From a virus (lineage: Duplodnaviria; Caudoviricetes), in the IMG/VR virus record IMGVR_UViG_3300024231_000017, positions 1 through 53,055 of that record: a DNA stretch of 53,055 bases; one strand, written 5' to 3'. A program made the translations under genes and the position numbers. Each line of letters opens with the position of its first letter. Positions within the stretch are counted from its first letter, which is position 1. This document shows positions 19,099 to 28,300 of the stretch, one piece after another. Under the pieces are notes generated by a model. The model did not search any database. It had not been told where the DNA came from and was given only the letters and a program-made list of their open reading frames with translations.

Positions 19099-20019
19099 TT
19101 AGCGGCGTATCGACCCACTCTCCATCGCTTTGAGTATTTCTGTTTGATGCTTTTCAAACACTTTGTTTGGCATCCTCATAATCTCATCGACGGTCCAGTG
19201 TTTCTTTTCGCCTTTAATTTGTGACTTTCGAGCCTTGGGCATCTTCGGTTCTGCAACCGTCTTAGCCCGCTCAAGAGCCTGCTCTTGCAGCGTGGGAGCT
19301 GGTTGCCCCATATCAGCCTTAAACCTACTAAGGACGGAGTTCACATCATTTGACGAACCTTCTTGTATCCAAGTCTTCGTCTGAGAATCTGCTTCCTCTA
19401 ACCAGTTCAACCAGTCTGCCGTATCAATAAGTTGATCGACATCAGGGTGTACCGCTCGGATTCGCTCAAAGTGCTCGGCTTGCGCCTGCTCCTGAATCTC
19501 TTGATACTTACTCTGTTCTTGCTCGGCTAAAGCATCCTTGGCTCTACCAACTTCATCCTGTGTTCTCTTCAACTCATCCAGCAATGGTCCAGCAAGATCG
19601 GGATAGTCCTCTCTTATCTGTGCCAGCTTGCTTTCATCTTTTGAAGATTCCACAAGTTGACTCTTCAACTCAGTAACGCTTTTGATCAGGTCGGCATTTT
19701 GCCGCTTCAAGTCAGCCGCTTCTTGAGTTGCTTTCGTCATTCTCGCCTGTGCGCCTTTCATCGCTTTCTCGGCTTTTTCTAAAGCCAACCTCAGTTCCGA
19801 GTCCTCGCTGCGTTCTGACTCTTCTACTGTGTCCTCATCCGCTTGAACTTCAGCCGTATCCGTGGGATCGGGGGCTTCTACTTGCAACGCTTCGGGTTCT
19901 TCTGGGGTATCCTCTGGAGGTTGATCTGCCTCTGGGGTCTCAGTCTTACCTTTAGTCATTTGTTCGTACAATTCTTTCGCTTCAGCTTCCAGTCGCGCTG
20001 GGTCATTTCTCTTTGACAT
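19099..20019 (-). CDS. Capsid scaffolding protein
   Basis: Acidic coiled-coil protein with HPD motif and C-terminal EI.KAM.SG.I; between portal and capsid. Confidence 0.75.
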   Translation of the reverse strand: MSKRNDPARLEAEAKELYEQMTKGKTETPEADQPPEDTPEEPEALQVEAPDPTDTAEVQADEDTVEESERSEDSELRLALEKAEKAMKGAQARMTKATQEAADLKRQNADLIKSVTELKSQLVESSKDESKLAQIREDYPDLAGPLLDELKRTQDEVGRAKDALAEQEQSKYQEIQEQAQAEHFERIRAVHPDVDQLIDTADWLNWLEEADSQTKTWIQEGSSNDVNSVLSRFKADMGQPAPTLQEQALERAKTVAEPKMPKARKSQIKGEKKHWTVDEIMRMPNKVFEKHQTEILKAMESGSIRR

Positions 20020-20054
20020 TGTTATTTCCTTCGAGTCCCACAATGGGATATTCG

Positions 20055-20339
20055 TTAGTCTATTGCGGATGTCCTTTTAGGGGTCCGCGCTTTGTCTAGA
20101 ACGGCTTTTGCCGCATCCTCAAGTTCAAGCATAAAACGCAGCTCTAGTAGCCTGCCTTGCTCGAACCTAAAATTTGTCTCGTCTGCTCTTTCTAATGCTG
20201 ACTGGGCGCTGTCGAATCGGGCTTTAATTAAGTCCCGCAGGAGTTCCCATTCCGGCATTGCCTTGAGCCGCAGGATCGCCTGCGACTGCTGCCTGTTGCA
20301 TTTGAGCTTGGAGTAACTGTTGTTGTTGCTGCTGTTCAA
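20055..20339 (-). CDS. Small conserved protein downstream of portal
   Basis: PEWELL...FRFEQGRLLELR pattern; start uncertain (overlaps portal 3' end). Confidence 0.5.
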   Translation of the reverse strand: MNSSNNNSYSKLKCNRQQSQAILRLKAMPEWELLRDLIKARFDSAQSALERADETNFRFEQGRLLELRFMLELEDAAKAVLDKARTPKRTSAID

Positions 20340-22212
20340 GAGCTAATTGCTCCTCAGTCTTAATAATTTCGTCGGGGTCAATATCCATGCTCTGGGCTAT
20401 GTCACGCAGCAACTGAGTACGCTTGACTGCACCGTTGGGGTCTTCACCAACAAGAGATAGGAATTGAAGCAACCGCTGGCTCTGTACTTCTTTCTGTACA
20501 AGTGCAGTACTGCCACGAGCTACGATCCGTAGATCACCCTTGGACTTCTCGTTAGTCCCGAACTCCATATTGAAGTGGAACAGAGCCTCGATCATTGGCT
20601 CAATCAGGAAGTCATCAATGTTTTTGATTGTGCTTTTCAGTGCAATGTTTGCTGCACCCATCAGCATCGACATACCAGTCGCTGTTTTGTTAAGACCTTG
20701 AGTCTGCTCACCATGAGTGTACGAGGGCAGTGATGTGGTCTCGTCAGCAAATCGACGGAATATCTCTACAATCTGGTTCAGTCCATTAGCGTTCGCTACC
20801 GGCTGATACCATCTGACAGCAGGCATAGAACCGTCTCCACCCTCTCGGAGAAATACTCGCCAAGGGTGGATGTCTGTCGGGTCTTCTCCTGCTGCAAGCA
20901 AGTCGGTGTTTACCTCAACCATCGGACCTGACGACAAAGCCATGTTGTCTAGCCAGATACGCGTTGCGGTATTCATAGTTCCCTGAGAGTCACGCATCAT
21001 GCGAGGCACGCCTGTACCCCAGAACTGGTGCGGGCTGCGCTCATACGGGAAGATGTGATAAGGAATCTTGTACCCGTTTATAGGGTTCAACATAACCTTC
21101 AGTACCTTGCCGTCGCAGATCCATACACATGCTGAGTAATCATCAGAAAGATCTGAGCCTTCTTCTAACTCTATGCCGTGCTCTTCAAGGTCGTATCCGT
21201 CAACGGTGCCCCAATACTCCATAACAACGAAGCGATTGGACTCAGAGTTCTCGTGGATACCCGCGATTCGTCGTCGGGTTGTCTCGTGATCTTCTTCAGT
21301 ATGGTTGCCGTTACGGTGAATCTTAAGAAGATACTTAACCATATCGGAGTCAAACTGTGGTAAATCAGCCAGATCGCGCATCTGTCGTCTTGTTAGGACG
21401 TGACGACGGAATAAACCATCGCAATCATCCAGTGTTGTACAGTATGGGTCGGGGTATAGATCGAAAATACTAACGCTTTCTACGTCAGGCGCCACAGTTT
21501 CTACAACGCTCAAGCCAAAGTTCTGCTCACCAGTCTCTGGGTTCAACATTTTAGAGTAGCTTTGCTTCTTATCTATACGCACAGTGCCCGCTTTAACGGC
21601 ACCTGAGCCAAAGATGCAGGCTTCTAGGAATGCTTCCTTCAGCTTCATCTCTGCATTTGTTTCTATTAACTGGTCTTTAATGTCTACAGTCATAGACTCA
21701 GCAGCGTTCCTGGCTATTTCTTTCTCTAGCTCTAAGAACTCTCCCTCTAGCTCCTCCATCCTTGCGGCTACCAAGTCCTGATTCATCATCGGGTCTTGTC
21801 CGCTCGCCATCATGATCTGCTCCATAGCCATCTGGCGCATTTGCATCGCCTTCAGGGGATCGATCTGTGGGATTGGGGTGGGGTCTACAGAGAAGAAAAC
21901 ATCGCCATGCTGAAATAATAGGTCGATTATTCTTGAATATGCCGCCATAACTTTGGTACGTGTTAAGCCGACGTACACTTTAGACCGAGATCCAGAGGCT
22001 GCATTTAGACGTGCGAGTACTTCAGGCTCATATATCCCCTGATATTGACGCAGGTCTTTAAGCCACTCGTTCTCTGTTTCTTTACGAGCGTCTTTATATT
22101 CTTGGAAAGTTCCGGCGAGACGAGTCCCCAGACTCTGCATACTTTGCGCTTGCAGACCATCTGGCTCTTTGTCTAACTCTACTTCCTCGCCTTCATACTC
22201 ATCTTCATGCAT
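20224..22212 (-). CDS. Portal protein
   Basis: 662 aa after terL; FDLYPDP, FWGTGVP, TATGMSML motifs of P22/podovirus-type portals. Confidence 0.88.
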   Translation of the reverse strand: MHEDEYEGEEVELDKEPDGLQAQSMQSLGTRLAGTFQEYKDARKETENEWLKDLRQYQGIYEPEVLARLNAASGSRSKVYVGLTRTKVMAAYSRIIDLLFQHGDVFFSVDPTPIPQIDPLKAMQMRQMAMEQIMMASGQDPMMNQDLVAARMEELEGEFLELEKEIARNAAESMTVDIKDQLIETNAEMKLKEAFLEACIFGSGAVKAGTVRIDKKQSYSKMLNPETGEQNFGLSVVETVAPDVESVSIFDLYPDPYCTTLDDCDGLFRRHVLTRRQMRDLADLPQFDSDMVKYLLKIHRNGNHTEEDHETTRRRIAGIHENSESNRFVVMEYWGTVDGYDLEEHGIELEEGSDLSDDYSACVWICDGKVLKVMLNPINGYKIPYHIFPYERSPHQFWGTGVPRMMRDSQGTMNTATRIWLDNMALSSGPMVEVNTDLLAAGEDPTDIHPWRVFLREGGDGSMPAVRWYQPVANANGLNQIVEIFRRFADETTSLPSYTHGEQTQGLNKTATGMSMLMGAANIALKSTIKNIDDFLIEPMIEALFHFNMEFGTNEKSKGDLRIVARGSTALVQKEVQSQRLLQFLSLVGEDPNGAVKRTQLLRDIAQSMDIDPDEIIKTEEQLALEQQQQQQLLQAQMQQAAVAGDPAAQGNAGMGTPAGLN

Positions 22213-22215
22213 AGA

Positions 22216-23796
22216 TTAATAGCCCGTCACAGGATCTAACGATTTAAAGCGTTTTTGTATAGTCCGGTGCCGAGGTCTCGGCATAGAGGCAAGTCCATGC
22301 AGCGCGATAGCATAAGCCATCACCCTGTCATCATAACATCCATTCTGAGAATTGTAACTCCCTTTATCATCAATGATGTACGTTCGCAACTCATTTAATA
22401 GTTCAATATCCGCTACACCAGATTCACCCTGTCGCATTAAGGTTGCGAGATTGTCAACGATTAATGGTTTTGTTTTTGACGTGGTTAAGAAGCCTCCGCG
22501 TTTTGTCAAGCGATCTCCGTAGGCGCCATCGACAGAACTCTCCACAAATAAATTTGCATATCCTAAATCTTGTATTTTTCGGAGGGTGCCCAGACCATGG
22601 TTGTTTCTCTCTACTACTATATATGCGTTGTTAAACCGCTTACCCAACATGGCAACTAGGGCGCCGTAGTCAAAAGGATCTATGTGTCCGTGCCAGCAGC
22701 CTACCTGATTACCCATAGAGTCTAGGATCTGGGCGCAGCTGTAGTCGCCGTAGGCGAGACCTTCCGCAACATCCACACCGATGACGTAGCTTTCTTCTCG
22801 GAGCGGCGGATACCACTCTTGATAGTTGCCGTGTTCTCGCGGGATCAAGTTGCCATCGATGATGTCACCCTTAAAGTCTGCGGTGTAGCAGTTACTCTCA
22901 CATTGAGATATCGCCGTCTCTTCTACGAAGCATCGACCGGACGTTAAGAAGGCTTCTAGCGGGGTGCTCGGATATTCCTGACGGAATAGATCTGTTCCTC
23001 CCAGCTCGTCTAGCTTGGCGCGTCTAAACGAAAGCTGCTCGTCGTCCAATCCATATTTCTGGGCGAGATCATATTCTTCGGGGGTGGCGACGAAGTAAGG
23101 CGATACCTTTTTTCTATACTCGGGCATCCAGTACCACGGGATAAAGCAGGTTACCCACTCTGACTCGCCGCGAAGCGACTTCATTACCTGATCATAGAAC
23201 CAGCCACCGGCACCATTAGCCGTGCTCTCTAATATCACTTCAGTGTTCTTGCCGCCGACGGTCTGTAGTAGACCTGCGACTATGTCTGATCCTTGTGGGT
23301 AGAAGGCAACCTCTGATCCGTGGACGAATCGGTTTGTTTGTCCTCGTCCAGTCTGGGTAGAGCGTGCGGTTCCCACTCGGTACCGCGAATTGATTTCGTC
23401 AAATACCAGAGTTGACGCCGACTGAGAAGCGAGCGGCGGCTTAAATGCCGGATGCGGGACATTTTCATAGAAATGGCGGACCATATTAAAAATAGCGTTA
23501 GTAGATTCTGCAAGGTGCGACAGCACAAACGCGTTAGCGTTTCGATTTTGCGTGACTTTCCAGAAGTTTCTGCCCTGTGTGTACGTAGATATTCCGGTTT
23601 GGCGGGCTTTCAGGACCAATGCGCGGATGTTTCCTTGATCTTTTAACTGCTGTTCTAACACTTTATGCACGTATAATTGGGCAGAATTCAACACAAAACT
23701 GCGGGTATCCCCCTCTTTTGTGACAATTTTCAGCATGTTCTTTGCGTACAAAGGGAAGTTGCCCTTCAATTTGCGGGCTATCTCTTCAATTTCCAT
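22216..23796 (-). CDS. terL: Terminase large subunit
   Basis: Walker A LKARQTGIST, Walker B VHGSE, ESTANG, nuclease IGVDVAEG and DDRVMA. Confidence 0.95.
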   Translation of the reverse strand: MEIEEIARKLKGNFPLYAKNMLKIVTKEGDTRSFVLNSAQLYVHKVLEQQLKDQGNIRALVLKARQTGISTYTQGRNFWKVTQNRNANAFVLSHLAESTNAIFNMVRHFYENVPHPAFKPPLASQSASTLVFDEINSRYRVGTARSTQTGRGQTNRFVHGSEVAFYPQGSDIVAGLLQTVGGKNTEVILESTANGAGGWFYDQVMKSLRGESEWVTCFIPWYWMPEYRKKVSPYFVATPEEYDLAQKYGLDDEQLSFRRAKLDELGGTDLFRQEYPSTPLEAFLTSGRCFVEETAISQCESNCYTADFKGDIIDGNLIPREHGNYQEWYPPLREESYVIGVDVAEGLAYGDYSCAQILDSMGNQVGCWHGHIDPFDYGALVAMLGKRFNNAYIVVERNNHGLGTLRKIQDLGYANLFVESSVDGAYGDRLTKRGGFLTTSKTKPLIVDNLATLMRQGESGVADIELLNELRTYIIDDKGSYNSQNGCYDDRVMAYAIALHGLASMPRPRHRTIQKRFKSLDPVTGY

Positions 23797-24241
23797 TGCT
23801 ATTCACCACTGCGCGGCACCACCAGACAAAGTCATGGTCGTCTAAAGCGCCTCTCATTAGATTTACGCGGGCACAAACCAATCTTACATTGCCCCCAATG
23901 TAGCCTTTCGTGACATCAATCCGGTCAGGACTGACAGAAAGGTCTGACTGATCCAAGGTTATGTGCATAGGTAGCTGCGAAATAGCGCAAATACCTCTCT
24001 GCTGCTCGTATAACGCCACCAAATACTCGAGTGATATGGGAGTACCCTCGTATTTCTTTTGCTTGTGACGCTGCTTAAGACCCGTTAAACGATATTGCAA
24101 AAATCCCTCTAGACTTGAGTTGCTTCTTTTTTTATTGCTAAGCGACTTACAGGCTTTACACTGATGCCGCCCGTTAGCTTGAAACTCGTCTAGACTTTTG
24201 ACAACGCCGCAAGTGGTGCATTCTTTACGATTAAGCGCCAC
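23786..24241 (-). CDS. Zn-finger HNH-like endonuclease
   Basis: CTTC...CKAC and CAIS...SPDRID...GY..GNVRLVC..VN.MR motifs. Confidence 0.65.
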   Translation of the reverse strand: MALNRKECTTCGVVKSLDEFQANGRHQCKACKSLSNKKRSNSSLEGFLQYRLTGLKQRHKQKKYEGTPISLEYLVALYEQQRGICAISQLPMHITLDQSDLSVSPDRIDVTKGYIGGNVRLVCARVNLMRGALDDHDFVWWCRAVVNSNGN

Positions 24242-24600
24242 GATATGTCCCTCGTTAGCTCCTCAAATCTCGCTACGGCTTTACGGCTGTTACTGACAGC
24301 GACTCGGTCTCCCATTAACCCAGTGCCCAGCCCTATGCATCCCTGTACATCTTTAGGGAAGTTTGCTGCGTGAATCAGAATGTAGGTTCGATCCTCTACA
24401 TCTTGGATGTGATAGGTCTCGCCAAATCGCGGGGATGTCCGCCAAGCAACGTCATAGTTGCCTTCAGGGATACACGACACGTTGGCAGCATTGTCCAGCC
24501 ATGGTCGCTCTATCGTATAAAACCGCTCACCGTAGAACTCTATGACACCTAGTGTGCCGTCAGGGTGATAAGCGAATCGTTTTAGTTCGATATCAATCAT
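24190..24600 (-). CDS. DUF5675-like protein (candidate peptidoglycan-acting lysin)
   Basis: TLG...FYTIERPW...SCIPEGNY...ILIHAAN...GCIGLG; probable ATG 24600. Confidence 0.65.
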   Translation of the reverse strand: MIDIELKRFAYHPDGTLGVIEFYGERFYTIERPWLDNAANVSCIPEGNYDVAWRTSPRFGETYHIQDVEDRTYILIHAANFPKDVQGCIGLGTGLMGDRVAVSNSRKAVARFEELTRDISWRLIVKNAPLAALSKV

Positions 24601-24760
24601 TGGTAGCCGGACCTCTCTTTCTAGCCCGAACATCGTTTCGTTCTTTTCGGCTGGGCTTAGTATTTCCAAAGATTCGATCATAGCCGTCGCTAAACTTTTT
24701 AGTATCTTCAGGACGACGGTTGTCGCCCTTGCTATATAGTGTTTCACGAGAGTTTTTCAT
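24593..24760 (-). CDS. 55-aa basic protein, not in ORF track
   Basis: MKNSRETLYSKGDNRRPEDTKKFSDGYDRIFG...; coupled to both neighbours. Confidence 0.6.
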   Translation of the reverse strand: MKNSRETLYSKGDNRRPEDTKKFSDGYDRIFGNTKPSRKERNDVRARKRGPATND

Positions 24761-25011
24761 TTCCTGTGCCTTGCTGTCTTCTTAGCTATCTTCTTGGGTT
24801 GGGCGCTGTGCTGCTTACCCGCTTTGGTGTCGGCGCGTTTTTTCTTGCTGGTCGCCGCGTATTCCTTCTTACTCAAAGCGTCACGAGCAGACTTAGGCAA
24901 ATATCTTTCGCCGGTCGCCTTCTTGCCCTGAGTAGAGTTCTTGCCGCTCTTAGTGCCCCACTTCTCGCCGGTCCACTTCTTGAGGCTCTTCTGCGATTTT
25001 TTTAGCGCCAT
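24757..25011 (-). CDS. Small Lys-rich protein (DUF5872-like C-part)
   Basis: SQKSLKKWT.EKWGTKSG...GERYLPK.A motif. Confidence 0.65.
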   Translation of the reverse strand: MALKKSQKSLKKWTGEKWGTKSGKNSTQGKKATGERYLPKSARDALSKKEYAATSKKKRADTKAGKQHSAQPKKIAKKTARHRK

Positions 25012-25211
25012 CAGTCTCTATAGCCTCCGCCCGCTGCTTTGTATTCCTTGGCTAGCATCTGCGCTTTACGCGCACTCCACTGCCCCGCTGAACCACCTTT
25101 GCTGCCAGCCTTAATCTTGTTAAACAGTCGCTTACGCATCGCTGGCTTCGTGTAGTTACCGGCGCTGTTAACGGTCGATTTTTTCTTGGGCGCAGCTTTC
25201 TTGGCAGGCAT
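25011..25211 (-). CDS. Small Lys-rich protein (DUF5872-like N-part)
   Basis: NYTKP.MR.RL...IKAG.KGG..GQWSARKAQMLAKEYK.AGGGY motif. Confidence 0.65.
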   Translation of the reverse strand: MPAKKAAPKKKSTVNSAGNYTKPAMRKRLFNKIKAGSKGGSAGQWSARKAQMLAKEYKAAGGGYRD

Positions 25212-25336
25212 TACTTCTTCTTAGCCTTCGGCTTAGCTTTTGGCTTGGCTTTTGGCTTGGCTTTCATTGCAGCAGCTTTGGCTTTTGCGATACCTGCTGG
25301 CGTATATGCGTACTTCTTACCGTTGACGTTTGGCAT
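25211..25336 (-). CDS. Tiny Lys-rich protein
   Basis: MPNVNGKKYAYTPAGIAKAK...(KAKP)n. Confidence 0.5.
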   Translation of the reverse strand: MPNVNGKKYAYTPAGIAKAKAAAMKAKPKAKPKAKPKAKKK

Positions 25337-25338
25337 GA

Positions 25339-25650
25339 TTAGCTTCCTTTTTTCCACTTGGTTGATGATGACTTGGTTTTGGAGGGCGCCCATTTAGTTT
25401 TTGCTGCCCAGTAGGCTGCACTCATCTTGCCCTTGCTTATATTCTTAGCGTGACGGCTCTCAAACGCCTTGCGCTGACCCACCGTCTGGTTGGTCTTAAC
25501 GCCTTGCTGCCCGAATCTAATGGTTTTGACTTTGTCGCCCTCTTTGGCTACGACGACATGTGACTTGGTGGGGTGGCTAGGGGTACGCTTAGGTTTGTTA
25601 TATCCACTGACGCCCGCTTTTTTCAGTCTTGAATCTTTGCTCTCAGCCAT
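25339..25650 (-). CDS. Small basic conserved phage protein
   Basis: GVSGYNKPKRTP.HPTKSHVV.AK.G..VK.IRFGQQGV...F.ARH motif. Confidence 0.65.
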   Translation of the reverse strand: MAESKDSRLKKAGVSGYNKPKRTPSHPTKSHVVVAKEGDKVKTIRFGQQGVKTNQTVGQRKAFESRHAKNISKGKMSAAYWAAKTKWAPSKTKSSSTKWKKGS

Positions 25651-25691
25651 CTCGCAATATTCCTGTGTATATTTGAATGTATATTTGGGTG

Positions 25692-26030
25692 GGTACTCTC
25701 ATAAGGACCGCCCCCCCTTTTAATTATGTATACAGCTTTTCGCCATATTGGTGATTTTTTGTATAGGTACTCTCATAAAGACCCACCCCCCTAATCGACG
25801 AGGGTAAGGTGTACCTCTTCTCCCGCAGAAGCCTCTATAAGCGTGTATACCGCCTCTTCTACTTGGGATGATAAGTAGTACAGCTGATCTCCGAATCGCA
25901 GGGAGGTGACCATTGGGACGATATATGCCTCAAAGGTGAACTCATCCATGTCTAAGTAGTTCAGTGCCGTAACACGATGCATTAATAGTTGTGTCATTTT
26001 TTGCCTCGGTACTCTCATAAGACCCGTGGG
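25692..26030. repeat. Three GGTACTCTCATAA direct repeats with adjacent C/G tracts (candidate packaging/regulatory sites)
   Basis: Copies at 25692-25704, 25766-25778 and 26008-26020, each followed by (A/G)GACC and a C or G run. Confidence 0.7.
25791..26018 (-). CDS. Small Xis/HTH-like protein
   Basis: LMHRVTALNYLDMDEFTF...V.P pattern resembles excisionase-like winged helix; start may be 25997. Confidence 0.4.
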   Translation of the reverse strand: MRVPRQKMTQLLMHRVTALNYLDMDEFTFEAYIVPMVTSLRFGDQLYYLSSQVEEAVYTLIEASAGEEVHLTLVD

Positions 26031-26197
26031 GGGTCAAAATATGCCTATAGGGTCTAATATCACCCACATGGAACCACACACGCGGACGACGCCACCGCCA
26101 GACAACTACCCCCCCCCCTACCTAGCCTATACAGCCCTCAAACCCTCTATATATAGGCATTTTAAGGGGTCAATTGCTCCATGAGCAGATGGTCCAG

Positions 26198-26647
26198 CTA
26201 GTGTAAGTCATTGATATCGCTGGGGTTTACAGCCAATAATTCTTCAATCTCTGGCTCTTCAAGGTCTAAGTCAGCCAAAAAAGCCCCGTTAAACTGCACA
26301 ATCTCCTGCTTCTCTGGGGCAACCCAGCCCTCAGCTTTAAACAATGTCTCGATGGCTCGTAAGCGGTCAGAATCTTTGTCTGCCAGCTTTCCCAATTGCT
26401 CCAGCTGCTCGATCCACTCAGCCCTTCTATCCTCTGATTCCTTGCTCATATTCGCTCTAATAGCCTCTATTTGTGCCTTTACACCAACATTCACTAACAA
26501 ACGCGGTCCCTGTACATTCGGGTGCGTATATCCTGCTAGCTCTGCTGCCCTTGTCGCGTTACCTGTTTCGGTGTAGTACTCGACGAACTTTTGCTGTCTT
26601 AGATTGAGCTTCTTTGCTGTCTCTCTCTCTATGTGCATTTGATACAT
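26198..26647 (-). CDS. terS: Terminase small subunit
   Basis: LNLRQQKFVEYY...GNATRAAELAGY...GPRLL.N..VKAQI Terminase_2 motif. Confidence 0.88.
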   Translation of the reverse strand: MYQMHIERETAKKLNLRQQKFVEYYTETGNATRAAELAGYTHPNVQGPRLLVNVGVKAQIEAIRANMSKESEDRRAEWIEQLEQLGKLADKDSDRLRAIETLFKAEGWVAPEKQEIVQFNGAFLADLDLEEPEIEELLAVNPSDINDLH

Positions 26648-26696
26648 CCCTTATAGGAGAAGTCGGAATTGGGGTGAGGTTTGGTTTTTCCCCGCC

Positions 26697-26969
26697 TCAT
26701 AAAAATTTGGCGATTGCCGTGATACATGCTGCAAAGATGATCCACGCTGCACGCTCTGCAACCATGCCCTTACCGGCTGTCTTGGCTATGTTGGTCTCTA
26801 CCTGCCGGATATCGCCCTCAAGCTGGTTGAGGCGCCCCTCATGCCTATCTAGTCGTTTATGACTGCTTACCAGCCGCTCATCTATTCGAGCCAGCACCGC
26901 CATGGTGTCGGTTAACTGATCCAGCTTCTGCTCGATTCGATCAAATCTCTTTTCAATATCCAATTGCAT
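26697..26969 (-). CDS. Coiled-coil protein with C-terminal TM helix (holin/antiholin-like)
   Basis: RFDRIEQKLDQL...LARIDERL; hydrophobic C-terminus. Confidence 0.55.
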   Translation of the reverse strand: MQLDIEKRFDRIEQKLDQLTDTMAVLARIDERLVSSHKRLDRHEGRLNQLEGDIRQVETNIAKTAGKGMVAERAAWIIFAACITAIAKFL

Positions 26970-27066
26970 ACCGCCGCGCCAGTGTCTGAGAGGATTCATC
27001 CTCGTTTATATGTGCTCAAATTATACCTCAATATGCAAATAAATGAATTATTTTCGTCTAAGGGTG

Positions 27067-27095
27067 TTGACAATGGATTTCCTTGAGATTACAGT
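27067..27095 (+). promoter_or_regulatory. Strong sigma70 early promoter
   Basis: TTGACA-17 nt-TACAGT with AT-rich UP-like tract at ~27030-27055. Confidence 0.85.
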
Positions 27096-27252
27096 GCGAA
27101 CCAAGTCAAGGCAATTTGCCATGACGGATACGGGGTCTCCGTGATCGACCCGCCAGCCAGCAAAGGATTTCTGGTTGCCCTCCCCCAGCGGGTTCAAGGT
27201 CTGGGGTTATCGAGAGTGAAAGCCATTGGCGAGTAGCAAGACGGTAAGAGGA

Positions 27253-27306
27253 AAGTGTCTGCATCTACCTGATGCACTGATGAGGGCAAGCAAGCCCGAA
27301 ACACTT
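27253..27306 (+). ncRNA. Hammerhead ribozyme, type III (HHR1)
   Basis: AAGTG-TC^-TGCATC-tacct-GATGCA-CTGATGA-GGGC-aagcaa-GCCC-GAAA-CACTT: full core, three perfect stems; predicted cleavage after C27259. Confidence 0.93.
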
Positions 27307-27325
27307 AAGCCTGAGGAGGCACATC

Positions 27326-27733
27326 ATGACTACATTTCACCAGCAAAACATACACCCCGTTCTGTCTTTAACGTGGGATCTGTTAGCAGAGCCAGCCATC
27401 AGCCCAAACCGCAAAGCGCGATTGCGGCAGGATGCGCGGAAGTATCAGTTTAGAGACAGACTAGCCTGTCGTGCAGAACTTAAGCAGGACATTGACTACT
27501 GCAAAACCAGTGATGGCTTTGTCTATGTCGAGAACTTCTCGAGGGACTGCGATAACTTCGAGCGCAACTGGATCAGTAAGGTACCTGCTCATATCACAGC
27601 GCTGGAGTTGCACGAGAATCGCTTGCATGACGGCGCCGAGGGTCTCACCTTCTGCAACCTGCTCGATCAGGAAGCAGTAGATTCCTTCCAGTCTATGGCT
27701 CGAGACCGCAATGCCGAGCGCTACGGATACTGA
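27326..27733 (+). CDS. Early protein, unknown function
   Basis: 135 aa; GAGGAGG RBS right after HHR1. Confidence 0.75.
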   Translation: MTTFHQQNIHPVLSLTWDLLAEPAISPNRKARLRQDARKYQFRDRLACRAELKQDIDYCKTSDGFVYVENFSRDCDNFERNWISKVPAHITALELHENRLHDGAEGLTFCNLLDQEAVDSFQSMARDRNAERYGY

Positions 27734-27782
27734 GTAAGCACATCGAAGCCATTCACCGAGTGGCTTCTATTGTATTTATTCA
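27731..27782 (+). promoter_or_regulatory. Long intergenic hairpin, RNase III site-like (copy 1)
   Basis: TGAGTAAGCACA/TGTATTTATTCA lower stem, internal loop, GAAGCCATTC-acc-GAGTGGCTTC upper stem. Confidence 0.6.
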
Positions 27783-27804
27783 ACCCAGCCTGAGGAGGCA
27801 AATC

Positions 27805-27981
27805 ATGACTATTCAAGTCCTAGTAAAAAACCAATACGGAAACCAAGTGATCTACCCAGCATGTGAGATAGGCGAGACCTTCGCCGCTATTGCCGGAACC
27901 AAGACCCTGACCGATGAGACCCGCGCCCTAATGAAGCGACTCGGCTATCAGTTCGAAGCCAAGGTGGAGGTGCAGCTATGA
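27805..27981 (+). CDS. Small early protein
   Basis: MTIQVLVKNQYGNQVIYPAC...AAIAGTKTLT; ATG 27805 after GAGGAGG. Confidence 0.75.
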   Translation: MTIQVLVKNQYGNQVIYPACEIGETFAAIAGTKTLTDETRALMKRLGYQFEAKVEVQL

Positions 27982-28091
27982 GCCGCAATGAAAAGATAGT
28001 CCTCACCATAGCTGTCTGTCTGGGTGTCCTACCCATGACCTTCGTAATGTCAATGATGATCATCTCGCTCAAAACTGGAGTGCCATTATGA
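27978..28091 (+). CDS. 37-aa membrane peptide, not in ORF track
   Basis: MSRNEKIVLTIAVCLGVLPMTFVMSMMIISLKTGVPL; GGAGG RBS; ATGA overlaps at both ends. Confidence 0.6.
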   Translation: MSRNEKIVLTIAVCLGVLPMTFVMSMMIISLKTGVPL

Positions 28092-28300
28092 GATTAGAAA
28101 TACTGCAAGAAATCCAAGAGTACAGCCAATGGCTGTTTGATGACTGGGAAGAGGGCTGCGGTATCAGTAGTTCTGACTTCCACACCCCGATTAGAAGCGT
28201 CTTGTTAGACCACGGGATTAAGTGGGATGACATAGGCGAGACGTGGCAGGAGTTCTGCCGCACAGCAGTCAGCAACGGCATAGCAGACGCAACTGAGTAA
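28088..28300 (+). CDS. Small acidic early protein
   Basis: 70 aa, GGAG RBS, coupled to upstream ORF. Confidence 0.65.
   Translation: MRLEILQEIQEYSQWLFDDWEEGCGISSSDFHTPIRSVLLDHGIKWDDIGETWQEFCRTAVSNGIADATE

Noticed and set aside
24190-24747. 185-aa version of the DUF5675-like ORF
   Set aside because: The extension overlaps a better 55-aa ORF in another frame (24593-24760); ATG at 24600 has its own GAGG RBS
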